A stretch of DNA of 63,433 nucleotides, the filler included, from Basidiobolus ranarum (Eukaryota), in the NCBI GenBank assembly GCA_040143965.1. It is 28 parts of 28 records of this genome, joined end to end, with 100 filler letters (N's around TTAATTAATTAA, not from the genome) between each part and the next. Parts side by side here need not be neighbours in the genome. Positions count along the whole stretch, not along the records: positions 49,968 to 52,129 come from JASJQH010010569.1; positions 52,230 to 54,391 come from JASJQH010010570.1; positions 54,492 to 56,652 come from JASJQH010010571.1; positions 56,753 to 58,913 come from JASJQH010010572.1; positions 59,014 to 61,174 come from JASJQH010010573.1; 23 more parts are not named here. One strand, written 5' to 3'. Made by a program: the position numbers and the translations under genes. The notes beneath the pieces were generated by a model. The model did no database searches and was not told the origin of the DNA. It was given only the letters and a program-made list of their open reading frames with translations. Positions 49,868 through 61,274 of this stretch are shown in pieces (the first letter of the stretch is position 1; the number at the start of each line of letters is the position of its first letter).

Positions 49868-49967
49868 NNNNNNNNNNNNNNNNNNNNNNNNNNNNNNNNN
49901 NNNNNNNNNNNTTAATTAATTAANNNNNNNNNNNNNNNNNNNNNNNNNNNNNNNNNNNNNNNNNNNN

Positions 49968-52129
49968 AAGCAATTCAAAAACCTGTAAGCAAATTGAAAC
50001 AAGCCCTTGGTTGGAAGGTTAATATACTCTGGAGTCCCCTGAACCTATTGCATTACAGCCATCACTGATTTTGCTGATACATTGTTAATCAGATTAGCAT
50101 ACAGTAATATGAACAATTTCACACAGAGCATTTTTTCATTGCAGGTGCACTCCATTCCCTGACAAAAATTTGCGGATTGTTATCATACAAAAATCATCAC
50201 TATTTTAATCCATTTGGGATTTACGATTTACTTACCATCATAAAATCATCAACTTGTATATGATTTTAAACAATTTTTTCAGTTACAGGAGTGAAATTTC
50301 AAATCTTGCAAAATAGTTGTACATGATTGACTACAATCTCAGAGACCTATAGATCAATGCATGTGCAAAAAAGATCATTTGAATTTTACACATTTATCAC
50401 TTGGACACTAATTTGTCACCTTCAAAATTCCTAGTTTCTTTGACAAATTCTCCAAAATATTCTTATAGAGATCTTCATACCCATGGTTCAGCCATATACA
50501 ACACAAGTTTGTATCAATATCTCCATCAAAGCCCACCATTGTATTAACATTGCTGAATCAACATTCTTGCAGCTATCTGGCAGATACCCTGCAATATTGT
50601 GCCTCTCTGTATTAAGTTCTTCCCAGATATATACAAAGCCAAAACCAGACTGAATGTCAAGTTAAATGTTCTTCTTCTGAAGCCACTTTTTGCATACTTG
50701 CACTATGTTTTTCCCTTCATACTTTTGAAAATACACCTCAAGCACATTCATATTTTCCTAAGTTCTTGTAGTGTGACACTACTGAGGGTGCTTTGGGGCA
50801 TTTGTGTGGCTTTTTGCTTACCTTTAGGTTTGGGGCTAATTTTGACACTTTGAAAAGGACCAGTTGAGGTTGGAGAACTGTGAGTTTTATTTACTGGTGT
50901 TTTGGCTTGTTGAGGGGTGCCAGGTGTTGAATAAACTTCCAAATTTGGCACTCTTCCAACTGGTGTACCTTGTTCTATGGTGAAGTTAAGCATTTTAGCA
51001 AGTAAATCTGACTCTGGAAATGCATATCTTTGTAATGGTGGGGAGAATTTGGTAAGTGAGACAGTAGAGCCTAAACTCACTGGCTCCTTTGCTTTTCCCT
51101 TGAGTTCACTAACTTCCTGCTTCTTGAGTACTTCTCAAGCTACTTGTTTTTCTTTTCCACATTGATAATTGTATACATTTTTGACATATTTCATGATGAG
51201 GACTATACTAGCCCAATTGCCATTTGTTTACAAAAACCCAGGATAAGCCACATGAAATAAGTCAAAAACTTTCTGAGTAACACCTGGTTTTGGTTTTTCC
51301 ATGATTAGCTCAAATCCCGGTGATTTTGGGCAAGTTTCTGCACAGTTTCCAAAATGTTAAACCACTTATCATTCCTTGAGTTAGTTTACAGCATGTTAAT
51401 GCCTTTAAAGTGGAAAGTGGAATGCTAGACTGTTCATCAATTAAGTCCTCTGTTCTTGCCGGTTTATTTCCTTTCATGCTAGCAGGCTTTGGCTTGGAAG
51501 CCAACTTTGATTTAGATGTGGAATGCATTTTGAATGGCATTGAAATTTTTGATGGTTAACTAGGGATATGAAATTGCTTAAAAACAGCTTATAATAAGTC
51601 AAAATTGGAATCCATTACCAGAAATATCTTGTAAATCCCATGATGACTCATCTATGACACCATCTTGGAATCAGCTGATGATATTGATGGGCTATATCTA
51701 AAATATCCACCCTTGTATAGGAGGTGTTCTTTTCTCCACAATATCCTTCTCATGCCACAACACAAACATTTAAAGAAGCCCTGTATTAATGTCACAAATT
51801 CTTATGCTATGAAAGCCAGAGGTTTCATAGAAAAATAATCACAAGCATGGTCACTCTACAAAGCCACCAGCTGCACAAAGCCTATTGAATATCAACAGTA
51901 ATAAGTACACAAAATTGACTTTAGTCTTGCCCACTGAGTCCACTGAGTGTACTTTGCCCCAAAGTTTTGGTAACACTGCTAAAAGTCAAGATACCGTGGA
52001 GTTACCACAGCTATATGATCAGACTCATGCAGATAGAAATGCAACTTTGGTTGAGCCAGTAAGTCCAGACAACTTTGAGGACATGCTGCTAGATGTTAAC
52101 CTTGGTTATTCCAGTACTGATGGTAGTAT
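49968..52129. mobile_element. CACTA left end (50157), internally deleted ORF2 (-, to 51540) and transposase 5' end (+), nested in another transposase (-, 49968-50156)
   Basis: ...CTCCATT|CCCTGACAAAAATTTGCGGATTG junction. ORF2 deletion near 51375. Confidence 0.85.
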
Positions 52130-52229
52130 NNNNNNNNNNNNNNNNNNNNNNNNNNNNNNNNNNNNNNNNNNNNTTAATTAATTAANNNNNNNNNNNNNNN
52201 NNNNNNNNNNNNNNNNNNNNNNNNNNNNN

Positions 52230-54391
52230 TTTCAGAATCTTTTGGTTTGCGAGTATTCCTATGAGTTTTCTACTTTCATGTGCCCAAGCAATTTTGGATT
52301 GTTGTGTAGGCTTAATGGGCCAACATATGTTGTGCTCTGCTAGATTGTCATGATGGCATTGATATGTATGATGTGGGATTGATTGTAGTCCCATATGAGA
52401 ACAGAAGGAGGGAGCAGCATGTTGCTATCGCTCAAGTACAGCATTGTGAAGGTCTTGTTTCATTGTTGAGTGACTCTCTAACTGTTGACCAGCTGCTTCA
52501 GAATACTGCACTAGCTGCAATATTGCAGTGTCATTGCTTGTCATGGCCATATGGCAACTCTGTAGTTTTTACTTATGATTGCTTACAAATTGTTATGGTG
52601 TTCTGCCTGCAATTCTCTTGTTGTAATATTTCTGTCCAAATTTTCTAAGGAGGGTTGTTCAATAGTTGACAAAGTAGACAATTTGGAAGTTGATGGTTTT
52701 GGCAGTGTTTCTGTTTAACTTGGTGCAACTATTGATTTAGGAACACATGTGGTATATTATATATATATGATAATGCCTTCCAAAGTGGATAGTACATTGC
52801 TAAACTGCTCATAAGTTAAGTTCTCTGTTCTTGCTGGTTTTTTTTACTTTTGTGCCAGCCGGCTATTACTTGGAAGCAAATTTTGATTTAGATTTTGCAT
52901 GCTTTTGTATAGCATTGAAGTTTTCAGATGGTAAACTTGGTGTAATGAAATTACTTAAAAACAGCTTGAAATAATCCAAAATTGCCATCAATTACCAGAA
53001 ATATTTTGTAAATCCCCTGATGACTTCTCTGTGACACCTTCTCAGAATCATCTGATTATGTTTATGAGCTATGCCTGAAATACCACCCAACATAGGAGAT
53101 GTTCCTGCTTCTGCAATATTCTTCTCATGCTGCAACACATATATTGAAAAAAGCCCAGCAATTATTGTTGCAAATTCATGTGCTATGAAAGCCAGAGGCT
53201 TCATAGAAAAAATAATCACAAGCACAGTCACTGAATAGAGCCAACAGCTGCTCAAAGCCAGGAGAATATCAACAGTAATGAGTGCACAAAAGCAACTTTA
53301 GTTTTGCCCACTGAGTCCACTGGCAGTGCTTTGCCTCAAAATTTTGGTAACACCAAAAGTCAAGTCACTGTGGAATCACCAAAGTTATATGACCAGAATG
53401 ATGTAGGTAGAAATGCAGCTTTGGTCATACCATTATGTCCAGACAATTTTGAGGACATGCTGCATGATGCTGAACTTGGTTATTCCAGTACTGATGGTAG
53501 TTGATCAGTAGTTGAAGAAGAAGACAATGGCTTTGTTACAGACTCTTCATAGATGGCAAGCATTAGTCTACTCATAACACTTATAGTAAACAGAGCAGCT
53601 TTGATTATTGAGGAGTGGAGAGTTCAATCCAATCTTAGTAGCCAGGTGCTTTTTGGTTCTCTTAAGCTTTTACCACCATTGATTAGCAACTATTGCTTGG
53701 CACAGACCTGGTACAAGTGGAACTCACTTATCAATCATATGACTTATGATCCTTACATAACTAATCTGTCTTCTTGTCCAAATGGTTATGTTGCTAACCT
53801 GTGATCTGAAAAACCCAAAGTCATGTACTGTTTGCACACAATTGGCAATCACTGAATTGGGTAAATATCATTCATTCCCCATCTTAAAGTTTTGATGAAA
53901 TCACCTAAATACAAATCATTGATATAATACCAAAGTACTCACTGTAAAGCAGATGGTATTACCAATATACTTGATGGATATCACTACCAGAGTCTGAAAA
54001 GTCAACAATAGTTTGAGAATGCATATGAAATTTCATTTGCATTGGCTCTGGATGGTTTCTCACTAAACAATTATACCATTGGAAAGGCTTGCTGGCCAAC
54101 AATTTTAATTTACTCAAATCTTCCTCCCTCTGAATGGTATAAGAGTCATTATATTTTGATACTATCCATTATATATGGATCTAAATCACCAGTGCTTATG
54201 GATTGCTTCTTGGAGCCTTTGATTGTGGAATTTGAACAGTTATCTAATGGGGTTCAGATGGTGAATATTTTATCAAAGCAAATAATGTTGTATGTACTGG
54301 TGACACTGCTGCCATCAGTAAACTTGGAGATTTGGGTAGGCACAATGCACTATCTTGCAGTAGATTTTGTCAAATCATTGCAGTTTACTCT
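52230..54391. mobile_element. CACTA central region: ORF2 N-terminus (-) and transposase (+) up to the GHNALSCSRFC motif
   Basis: ALDGFSLNNYTIGKACWPTILIYSNLPPSEWYKSH retains the first catalytic Asp. Confidence 0.87.
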
Positions 54392-54492
54392 NNNNNNNNN
54401 NNNNNNNNNNNNNNNNNNNNNNNNNNNNNNNNNNNTTAATTAATTAANNNNNNNNNNNNNNNNNNNNNNNNNNNNNNNNNNNNNNNNNNNNT

Positions 54493-54915
54493 TCTCCATT
54501 GTTTGGCATCGATATACCTGCTGGCACCGTCAAGCTCTATGGAAAAGGTAACACTCCATTACATGTAACCAGTTGGAGAGATGTTGCTCGCTTTGTTGCA
54601 GCAACCATTGATGACCCACAAAGTGAAAACAGAACCTATCATATTGCTGGGGATAGTGCAACCATGAACCAAATAGTCGATTTGATAAAGAAGGTAACTA
54701 AGGCTCCACTCACGGTGACCTATGTGGAGAAATCGAACCTAAAGCATCTTGAAGATATGGAAAGCAGCGAGTTTATTCACGAACATCTTGGCATCGAAGT
54801 GGAGAATAGTCAATTTCAATTTGCAGCTTTGGACAACAGCAAGTATCCTGACTTCAAATTCAGTACACTCAGTGAATTCTTGGTCGAAAATCACTCACCA
54901 AATGACAAAAACTAA
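54493..54915 (+). CDS. NmrA/isoflavone-reductase-like NAD(P)-binding protein, 3' part
   Basis: FGIDIPAGTVKLYGKGNTPLHVTSWRDVARFVAATIDDPQSENRTYHIAGDSATMNQIV...YPDFKFSTLSEFL. Confidence 0.85.
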   Translation, partial: SPLFGIDIPAGTVKLYGKGNTPLHVTSWRDVARFVAATIDDPQSENRTYHIAGDSATMNQIVDLIKKVTKAPLTVTYVEKSNLKHLEDMESSEFIHEHLGIEVENSQFQFAALDNSKYPDFKFSTLSEFLVENHSPNDKN

Positions 54916-55470
54916 GCAAAGTACGGATTTTATGCAAACTTATAATAATAAACACTATCATTTTTCGTTTGTTACTAATCTGCTTCAACGTATGGCTTAT
55001 TGAAATTGAATATTACATTTTAGGCATTAATCAATTCTTACAGCTGTTCAAAAAGCAATCGTAATCCCATATTGCAGTGATGTGATCAAAGTGTTTATTG
55101 ACTTTCTTTTCAAGAGAGAAAATCTGCTTTAACGAAGATATCAAACAGCTTTAATCATTTTGTGAGAAGAAAGCTGGTTTTATAATTCTGGGATCCGAAA
55201 TAATTAGAATAAGCATAACTAATAATAAAACAATGCAACTGGAACTTACTGTTTTGCCTCGTATATCATCGAATCGATGTAACTATGGTAGGAGTGTCTT
55301 TATCAATTGTTGCAGTAACAAGCACGATTCATCATTAATTTACAGCTGGATCCTATCCTACCAGCTCAATTTGAACCGGTGAATTGATGAGAGGCCTAAG
55401 GTGCTCCCTTCTTTTCGAGGGCAAGAGCTCCACTCTCGCCACTTGTAAGAGTTACTTTTGTCTCTATTCA

Positions 55471-56208
55471 CTACATAGATATTTCATGCTTCAGCATCCA
55501 AACTGGAAGTAAAAATTGACCATTCTCCACTTCGATACTAAGATGCTCATGAATAAACTTGCTGCTTTCCATATCTTCGAAATGCTTTAGGTCTGGCTTC
55601 TCCACATATGTCACTGTGAGCGGAGCCTTGGTCACTTTCTTTATCGAGTTCATCATTTGATTCATGGTTGTATCATCCCCGGCAATATAGTAAGTTCTGT
55701 ATTTACTTTGTGGGTTCTCAATGGTAGCCGCACATCCCTGCAACTTGTTACATGCAATGGAGTGTTATCATTTCCATAGAGCTTGATAGTGCCAGCAGGT
55801 ATGTCTATACCAAATAATGGAGAATCCACATACTCCAGGAACAGTCCATTTTGATAGATTGTGTATGGCAGGCCTGATTGCTTAAGAGCATCGACGAATA
55901 TTCTGCTATGTTCTCATATAGGGCTTTCCTTTCTCAATAACAAACACTGGAGTTAGCCAGATTGAGCCATATAAGCGTATGATTACTCATTGTCAAAGAA
56001 AAATAGGGCTGTTACCCTTCGGAATCAGTGGTGAACTCGGATGGAATAAAGCGCTTGACACCAGGTTGCTTGGCAGCCTCCACTAAGGCCAATGATAGCA
56101 TAATCGTCAAGGACACTGATGACCACATCGACATCTTTCAATGCTTGTACAAGGGAATCATGTTAGCATAGTCTACGACAACTACCTTAACGTTGGGTTT
56201 TGTTTGTC
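55471..56208 (-). pseudogene. Frameshifted NmrA-like paralog, inverted relative to 54493-54915
   Basis: VVVVDYAN/HDSLVQALKDVDVVISVL, ALVEAAKQPGVKRFIPSEF, SGLPYTIYQNGLFLEY, FGIDIPAGTIKLYG. At least three frameshifts, including loss of ARFV. Confidence 0.82.
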
Positions 56209-56753
56209 CTAGTACATATAAAAGTCAAATATAAAATGAGTGGTTGGGTAAAAGGAAGAGCTCAATATATTTGCAGCTCATACCTATCCTCTTTTTTCGA
56301 GCACTATCAAATGTATTATAGTGTGAAATGAGAAATCTGAATGAGCAAATGAGCAATAACTGGCAAATCGAATTAGCGGGAAAACCAGCAGGCGGGATCA
56401 GTGAGATAACTAAATTGAGGTGGAGAAAGTATTTGATATTTAAGCATACTGTGTAACAGAGAAACTTCTCGATATAGCGAGAACAATATACATAATAATA
56501 GTCTTTAATTAATCAGGAAGACGAGTGAGCTAAGAAGAGTACTATTATTTATTGAAATGAGGTAAGGGAGCGCAAATATGTTGTTAGATATGGTCAGCTG
56601 GTGAGAAGTTTTCGACCAAGAATTCAGTGATTTCGCTGAATTTGAAGTCAGGNNNNNNNNNNNNNNNNNNNNNNNNNNNNNNNNNNNNNNNNNNNNTTAA
56701 TTAATTAANNNNNNNNNNNNNNNNNNNNNNNNNNNNNNNNNNNNNNNNNNNNA

Positions 56754-58913
56754 CGCAGTGGTGATCAGCTGGACTCTATGGAAGAGGGAAGTTTTGACAC
56801 GATAATATGCAACTCTGTAGCTCAATACTTCCCGAATATTGAGTATCTCAAAGATGTGGTGGTTAGAGCAGTGAAGCTACTTCGAGCTGGAGGCCATATC
56901 TTCCTGGGTGATATCCGTAGTCTTGTCTTGTTGAAGCACTTCCATTCATCCATGGAGCTACACAAAGCCCATGGTGATCTTCGAGGTGATGAACTGGAGC
57001 GGCGTATCTCGAATCGGATGATGAGTGAAAAGGAGCTGCTAGTTGATCCAGCCTTTTTCTTCGCACTGAAAGAAGAAATCCCAGAGATAGCAAATGTAGA
57101 GATTCTAACCAAAACCGGTCGTAGTCTCAATGAACTGACTCAATACCGCTACCAAGTGGTTATTCGAGTTGGGGTTAGTGAAGATAGCCAAGCGATTGCG
57201 GACTGGGTGGACTATCAGACATCTGAGATCACTCTAGATGAAATCAAGCAAACACTCGAAAGTGGTCAGAGGGAATACTTCGCGGTTGAAAACATCATTA
57301 ATAGTAGGTTAACTCGGGAGGTAACTCTTGTTAAGTTATTGGAGATGGAGGAGTCTCACACACTCTCAGCTTCAAATATAAGAGCTCAGCTAGAGGCACT
57401 TTTACCTTCAGGTGTTGAGGTTGACGATATTCTTTCCATAGGAAAAGGTGCTGGCTACAATGTTCATATCAGTTGGAGTCGTCAGCAGAACGATGGATGC
57501 TTTGATGTAATATTCACTCAGATTGGACTATTAGCACCTCAAAGATATAACTTCAAGGAACCTAATTATAGCTTATGGAAGTGGAAGTCGTATGGAAATA
57601 ACCCAATGCATGAGGTTGTGAACAAACAGTTTGTTCCGCGCTTACTGGATCATCTTCGTACAATATTACCCAAATACATGGTTCCAAATTCGATGATTAT
57701 TCTGGAATCCTTACCAGTCATGTTGAATGGTAAAGTCAACCGTTTAGCACTGCCAATTCCCAGCTCCCATCAGTTTGGTGCGAACTCAAACTATGTAGAA
57801 CCGGGCACGATGCTTGAAAAAACTCTTGAGAGGATATTTTCCGAAGTTCTTGGGTTTGAAAGAACAAGTATCCATGACAACTTTTTTGATTTAGGTGGTC
57901 ATTCTTTGTCTGCAACCAAAGTTATTTCGCGCATTCGTATGGTATTGCAACAAGAGGTACCTCTTAAATTTTTATTTGAAGCCCCCACAATTGCTTCTCT
58001 TAGTGAAAGACTAGAAATTCTCGCAAGTGAGTCAATTAGAGTTGAAGGTCCGATACCTAAATTAAGCATTTTGGTTGAGCGCGAGCAGTTACCATTGTCA
58101 TTTGCACAAGAGAGACTTTGGTTTATGAATGAGTTGATTCCAGACAGTTACTTCTACAACATGCCGTTAGCTTTAACTCTAACAGGTGAATTAAATGTTG
58201 GCGCTCTGAAGCAATCCATAGTTGATATTATTGTCCGTCACGAATCACTACGTACAACATTTGCACTTTCAGGTAACGAGCCAGTTCAGGTAATTAAACC
58301 CGCCAACAAATTCTCCCTTTCTTTTGATGAATACTATCAAGAAGATGATACTGAGGCTCTAGAAACGTTAGTTTTCAATGAATTCAAAAAACCATTTGAC
58401 TTGGTAAACGGCCCGTTAATCAGAGTCAAACTTATACATGTAACGCCTAGGAAGTATATTTTCGTCGTTGTAACCCACCATATTATTTTCGATGGATGGT
58501 CTTACACAATTTTTCAAAAAGAACTATCGGCGCTGTATGAATCAAATACACTTGGTAAACCATCACATTTACCAGATCTTACTATACAGTATGTCGACTT
58601 CGCTGTGTGGCAGCGAAACTGGCTACAAGGTGATAACCTTGACATACAAATGAACTATTGGAAAAAGCATCTGAAGAATATGAGCACGTTAACATTGGCT
58701 ACCGACTTTATCCGACCAGCTGTTCTCAGTTATCAAGCAAATGTCCAAGAAATGAGCTTCTCTTCAGCGTTCACTAGTCAGCTAAAAGAACTAAGCAAGA
58801 TGGAGGCTTCTACTTTGTACATGACACTACTGACAGCATTTGAGATATTGCTTTTCAAATATACTGGTCAGGAAGACATTGCCATTGGTTCTCCTATTGC
58901 TAATCGTAATCGT
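56754..58913 (+). CDS. Nonribosomal peptide synthetase, internal fragment: N-methyltransferase, A-domain C-terminal subdomain, PCP, condensation domain
   Basis: 720 open codons without introns. NSVAQYFP, FLGDIRS, ELLVDPAFF, NELTQYRY and YGNNP (N-MT). LPKYMVP and NGKVNR (A9/A10). FFDLGGHSL (PCP). LSFAQERLWF, RHESLRTTF and HHIIFDGWS (C). Confidence 0.96.
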
Positions 58914-59381
58914 NNNNNNNNNNNNNNNNNNNNNNNNNNNNNNNNNNNNNNNNNNNNTTAATTAATTAANNNNNNNNNNNNNNNNNNNNNNNNNNNNNNN
59001 NNNNNNNNNNNNNCCAATTGATTGCTTTGTACGGTGCAAAGAGCTCATTAGATGTTATGAGGTATTGAGAGCTAAATCTATTTGCTGGGTGAGCTGAATT
59101 GGTTCCTTTGTGATATTCATCTCATCGCTCTTTCTCAATCATTTAACATAGGTTTCATCGATTTAATAAATAAACCATTAACATCTCTTTCCAACAGGGT
59201 AAGTAATATATGAGCAATAGAAGTGATATACTAGCTCACAATAAACCAACCAGACATTGCTCAAGTTAAATTATCGTTCGATGTAATAATAAAACTCCTG
59301 AATAATCATTGCTATAAGATCTTCTCTTTCGGACTGCTCAATAGTATATTCTTCAGGATATCCTCCACTCATCTAGATATT

Positions 59382-60270
59382 ATGAAATACACCTCGGCAG
59401 TTACTTTTGTGGCCATACTCTCCGCTACTACCGCATTACCAGCCTACGATGCAACAAAGCCTAGCTCAAGCAAATATTGTACGGGCCTAGTAGATAAACT
59501 CAACACTCTGGGTGCTAGTTTAGATGTAGCTATTTGCGTTGGAAAGCCCGAGAAATATAGATATGTCGCCACAGATCTTGATAAGATGAGCTGTCAAGAT
59601 TTAGTCACTGCAGTTACAGCATTAAGGATTAAAGTTGATGCGGGTATTTGTACTAAAGGTGATAAGAAGTCTTCTGACTATGGAAATGGTGCTAGTCAAC
59701 CAGGAAAGAAAGGGAATACTGATCCTAAAGCAAGTTCATGCTCAGATAAGAGCTCTACTAGCCCAAATCAACCCGGAAAGGATAGGAATGGAAGTAGTAC
59801 CTATTCCAGTGCAAATCCAGACGATAAAGGTAGTTCAATGGGTCATCAAAGTCCAGCTGGCGGTGGAAGTAGTGACAAGTATACTGCTCCCGCCAAAGAC
59901 AGTGGTCCAAGTGGTTATGAAAGTCCAAACAAGCATGGTGATTCTGGTGTCACTCCCGATGGTGGCAACTAAGGTAGCAAAAATAGTGATAGCTACAAAA
60001 GTGCGGCTACAGGCGGCGATACTGGAGGCTCTAGAAAACACTAAAGGAAGCAAATCAGCCTCTCAACCTTCGTGTAATGATATTTGCAACAGTCTAAGTC
60101 TTCTTGGAGTCAAGGTTGACGCTAGCATATGTCCCAATAAGAAAAACACAGGGCTTACAACACCAGTATTATCAGTTAATCCAGGATGTCCGACTCTAAT
60201 TGCCAATGCGAAGCTACTAGGTATTGTCTATATTGATGTGTCTCTGTGCCACCAAGTAAACTTTTGGTAG
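59382..60270 (+). pseudogene. Secreted protein with four Cys-bracketed ~20-aa repeats; disrupted by a stop (59970-59972) and a frameshift (about 60035), or spliced there
   Basis: Signal MKYTSAVTFVAILSATTA|LP. Repeats CTGLVDKLNTLGASLDVAIC, CQDLVTAVTALRIKVDAGIC, CNDICNSLSLLGVKVDASIC and CPTLIANAKLLGIVYIDVSLC. The last two are in a different frame. Confidence 0.65.
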
Positions 60271-60854
60271 TCGTTTTGCAGGTCAAACGAATCTCTGTCA
60301 ACATGAGATTGAGTTAAGGGAATCAAGAGAAAAAAAATAAGTGACTTATAGTTTATGTACTTTGAAAATATGAAACAATTTCTATGTAATAAATAGGTCT
60401 TTATGACTGTAATTGAACGTATTCAGAATATTAGGTGAATGGGTGAATTAGTTGCTAATAGAATGCACTTACTCTTTATATATGTAAGCATGCTTGTGGA
60501 GATAATAAAACGAAACAAATTTTGATTCCAAAAAGCTCCATTATGACCTACCGAAACGAAAACTTACATTTCTTTATGCATTGGATATTGTGTATTTACT
60601 TTTGTCAAAGAGCAGATAGTCAGTTTAAGTGTCAGCAAATTAATATTTAACTGCTGCTAATCTATTTAGGTAACCTCTGAATTGACAAAACCGAAAGGAG
60701 CATGAGAATACGCTTCATTTTCAACATTGAAAGCACATGTACAGATTTGTATATAGTTGTGATCTGAGTACTGCAGATGAGTACCCAAATAAAATATGAA
60801 GAATTGAAACAAAATAGGTACTGAATTGTGGGTATAATTTATTATGTGAAATAT

Positions 60855-61058
60855 GATACTATTAATACATACATCTTATCTATTACTTTACATCTATTCT
60901 AATCAATCATTACTTTCTGGTGACTCTAGCTGACCGTCTTCTTAAAGTCATAGGGCGATACTATTAGTACATACATCTCATCTATTACTTTACATCTATT
61001 CTAATGAGCCATTACTTTCTGGTGACTCTAGCTGACCGTCTTCTTAAAGTCATAGGGC
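60855..61058. repeat. 102-bp tandem duplication covering the stop codon and 3' UTR of the CAP gene
   Basis: GATACTATTA(A/G)TACATACATC...TTAAAGTCATAGGGC at 60855 and 60957, with few mismatches. Confidence 0.92.
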
Positions 61059-61173
61059 GGCCAAAATCCTGAGTCCAATAGCTTCCTTGAGGGTCATACG
61101 CCATACCAGTTTGAGTGAAGATTGGGTTTAGGATATTTCTGCGATGTTCGGGTGAGTTCATCCAAGCATTCAT
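61012..61173 (-). CDS. CAP/SCP-domain protein (YkwD/YlbC-like), 3' end; missed by the ORF track
   Basis: MNAWMNSPEHRRNILNPIFTQTGMAYDPQGSYWTQDFG fits the WMNSPGHRxNIL...YWTQxFG signature. Confidence 0.88.
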   Translation of the reverse strand: MNAWMNSPEHRRNILNPIFTQTGMAYDPQGSYWTQDFGRPMTLRRRSARVTRK

Positions 61174-61274
61174 GNNNNNNNNNNNNNNNNNNNNNNNNNN
61201 NNNNNNNNNNNNNNNNNNTTAATTAATTAANNNNNNNNNNNNNNNNNNNNNNNNNNNNNNNNNNNNNNNNNNNN

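Noticed and set aside
54492-61174. NmrA + NRPS + secreted protein + CAP as one biosynthetic gene cluster
   Set aside because: Three separate contigs joined only by size sorting.
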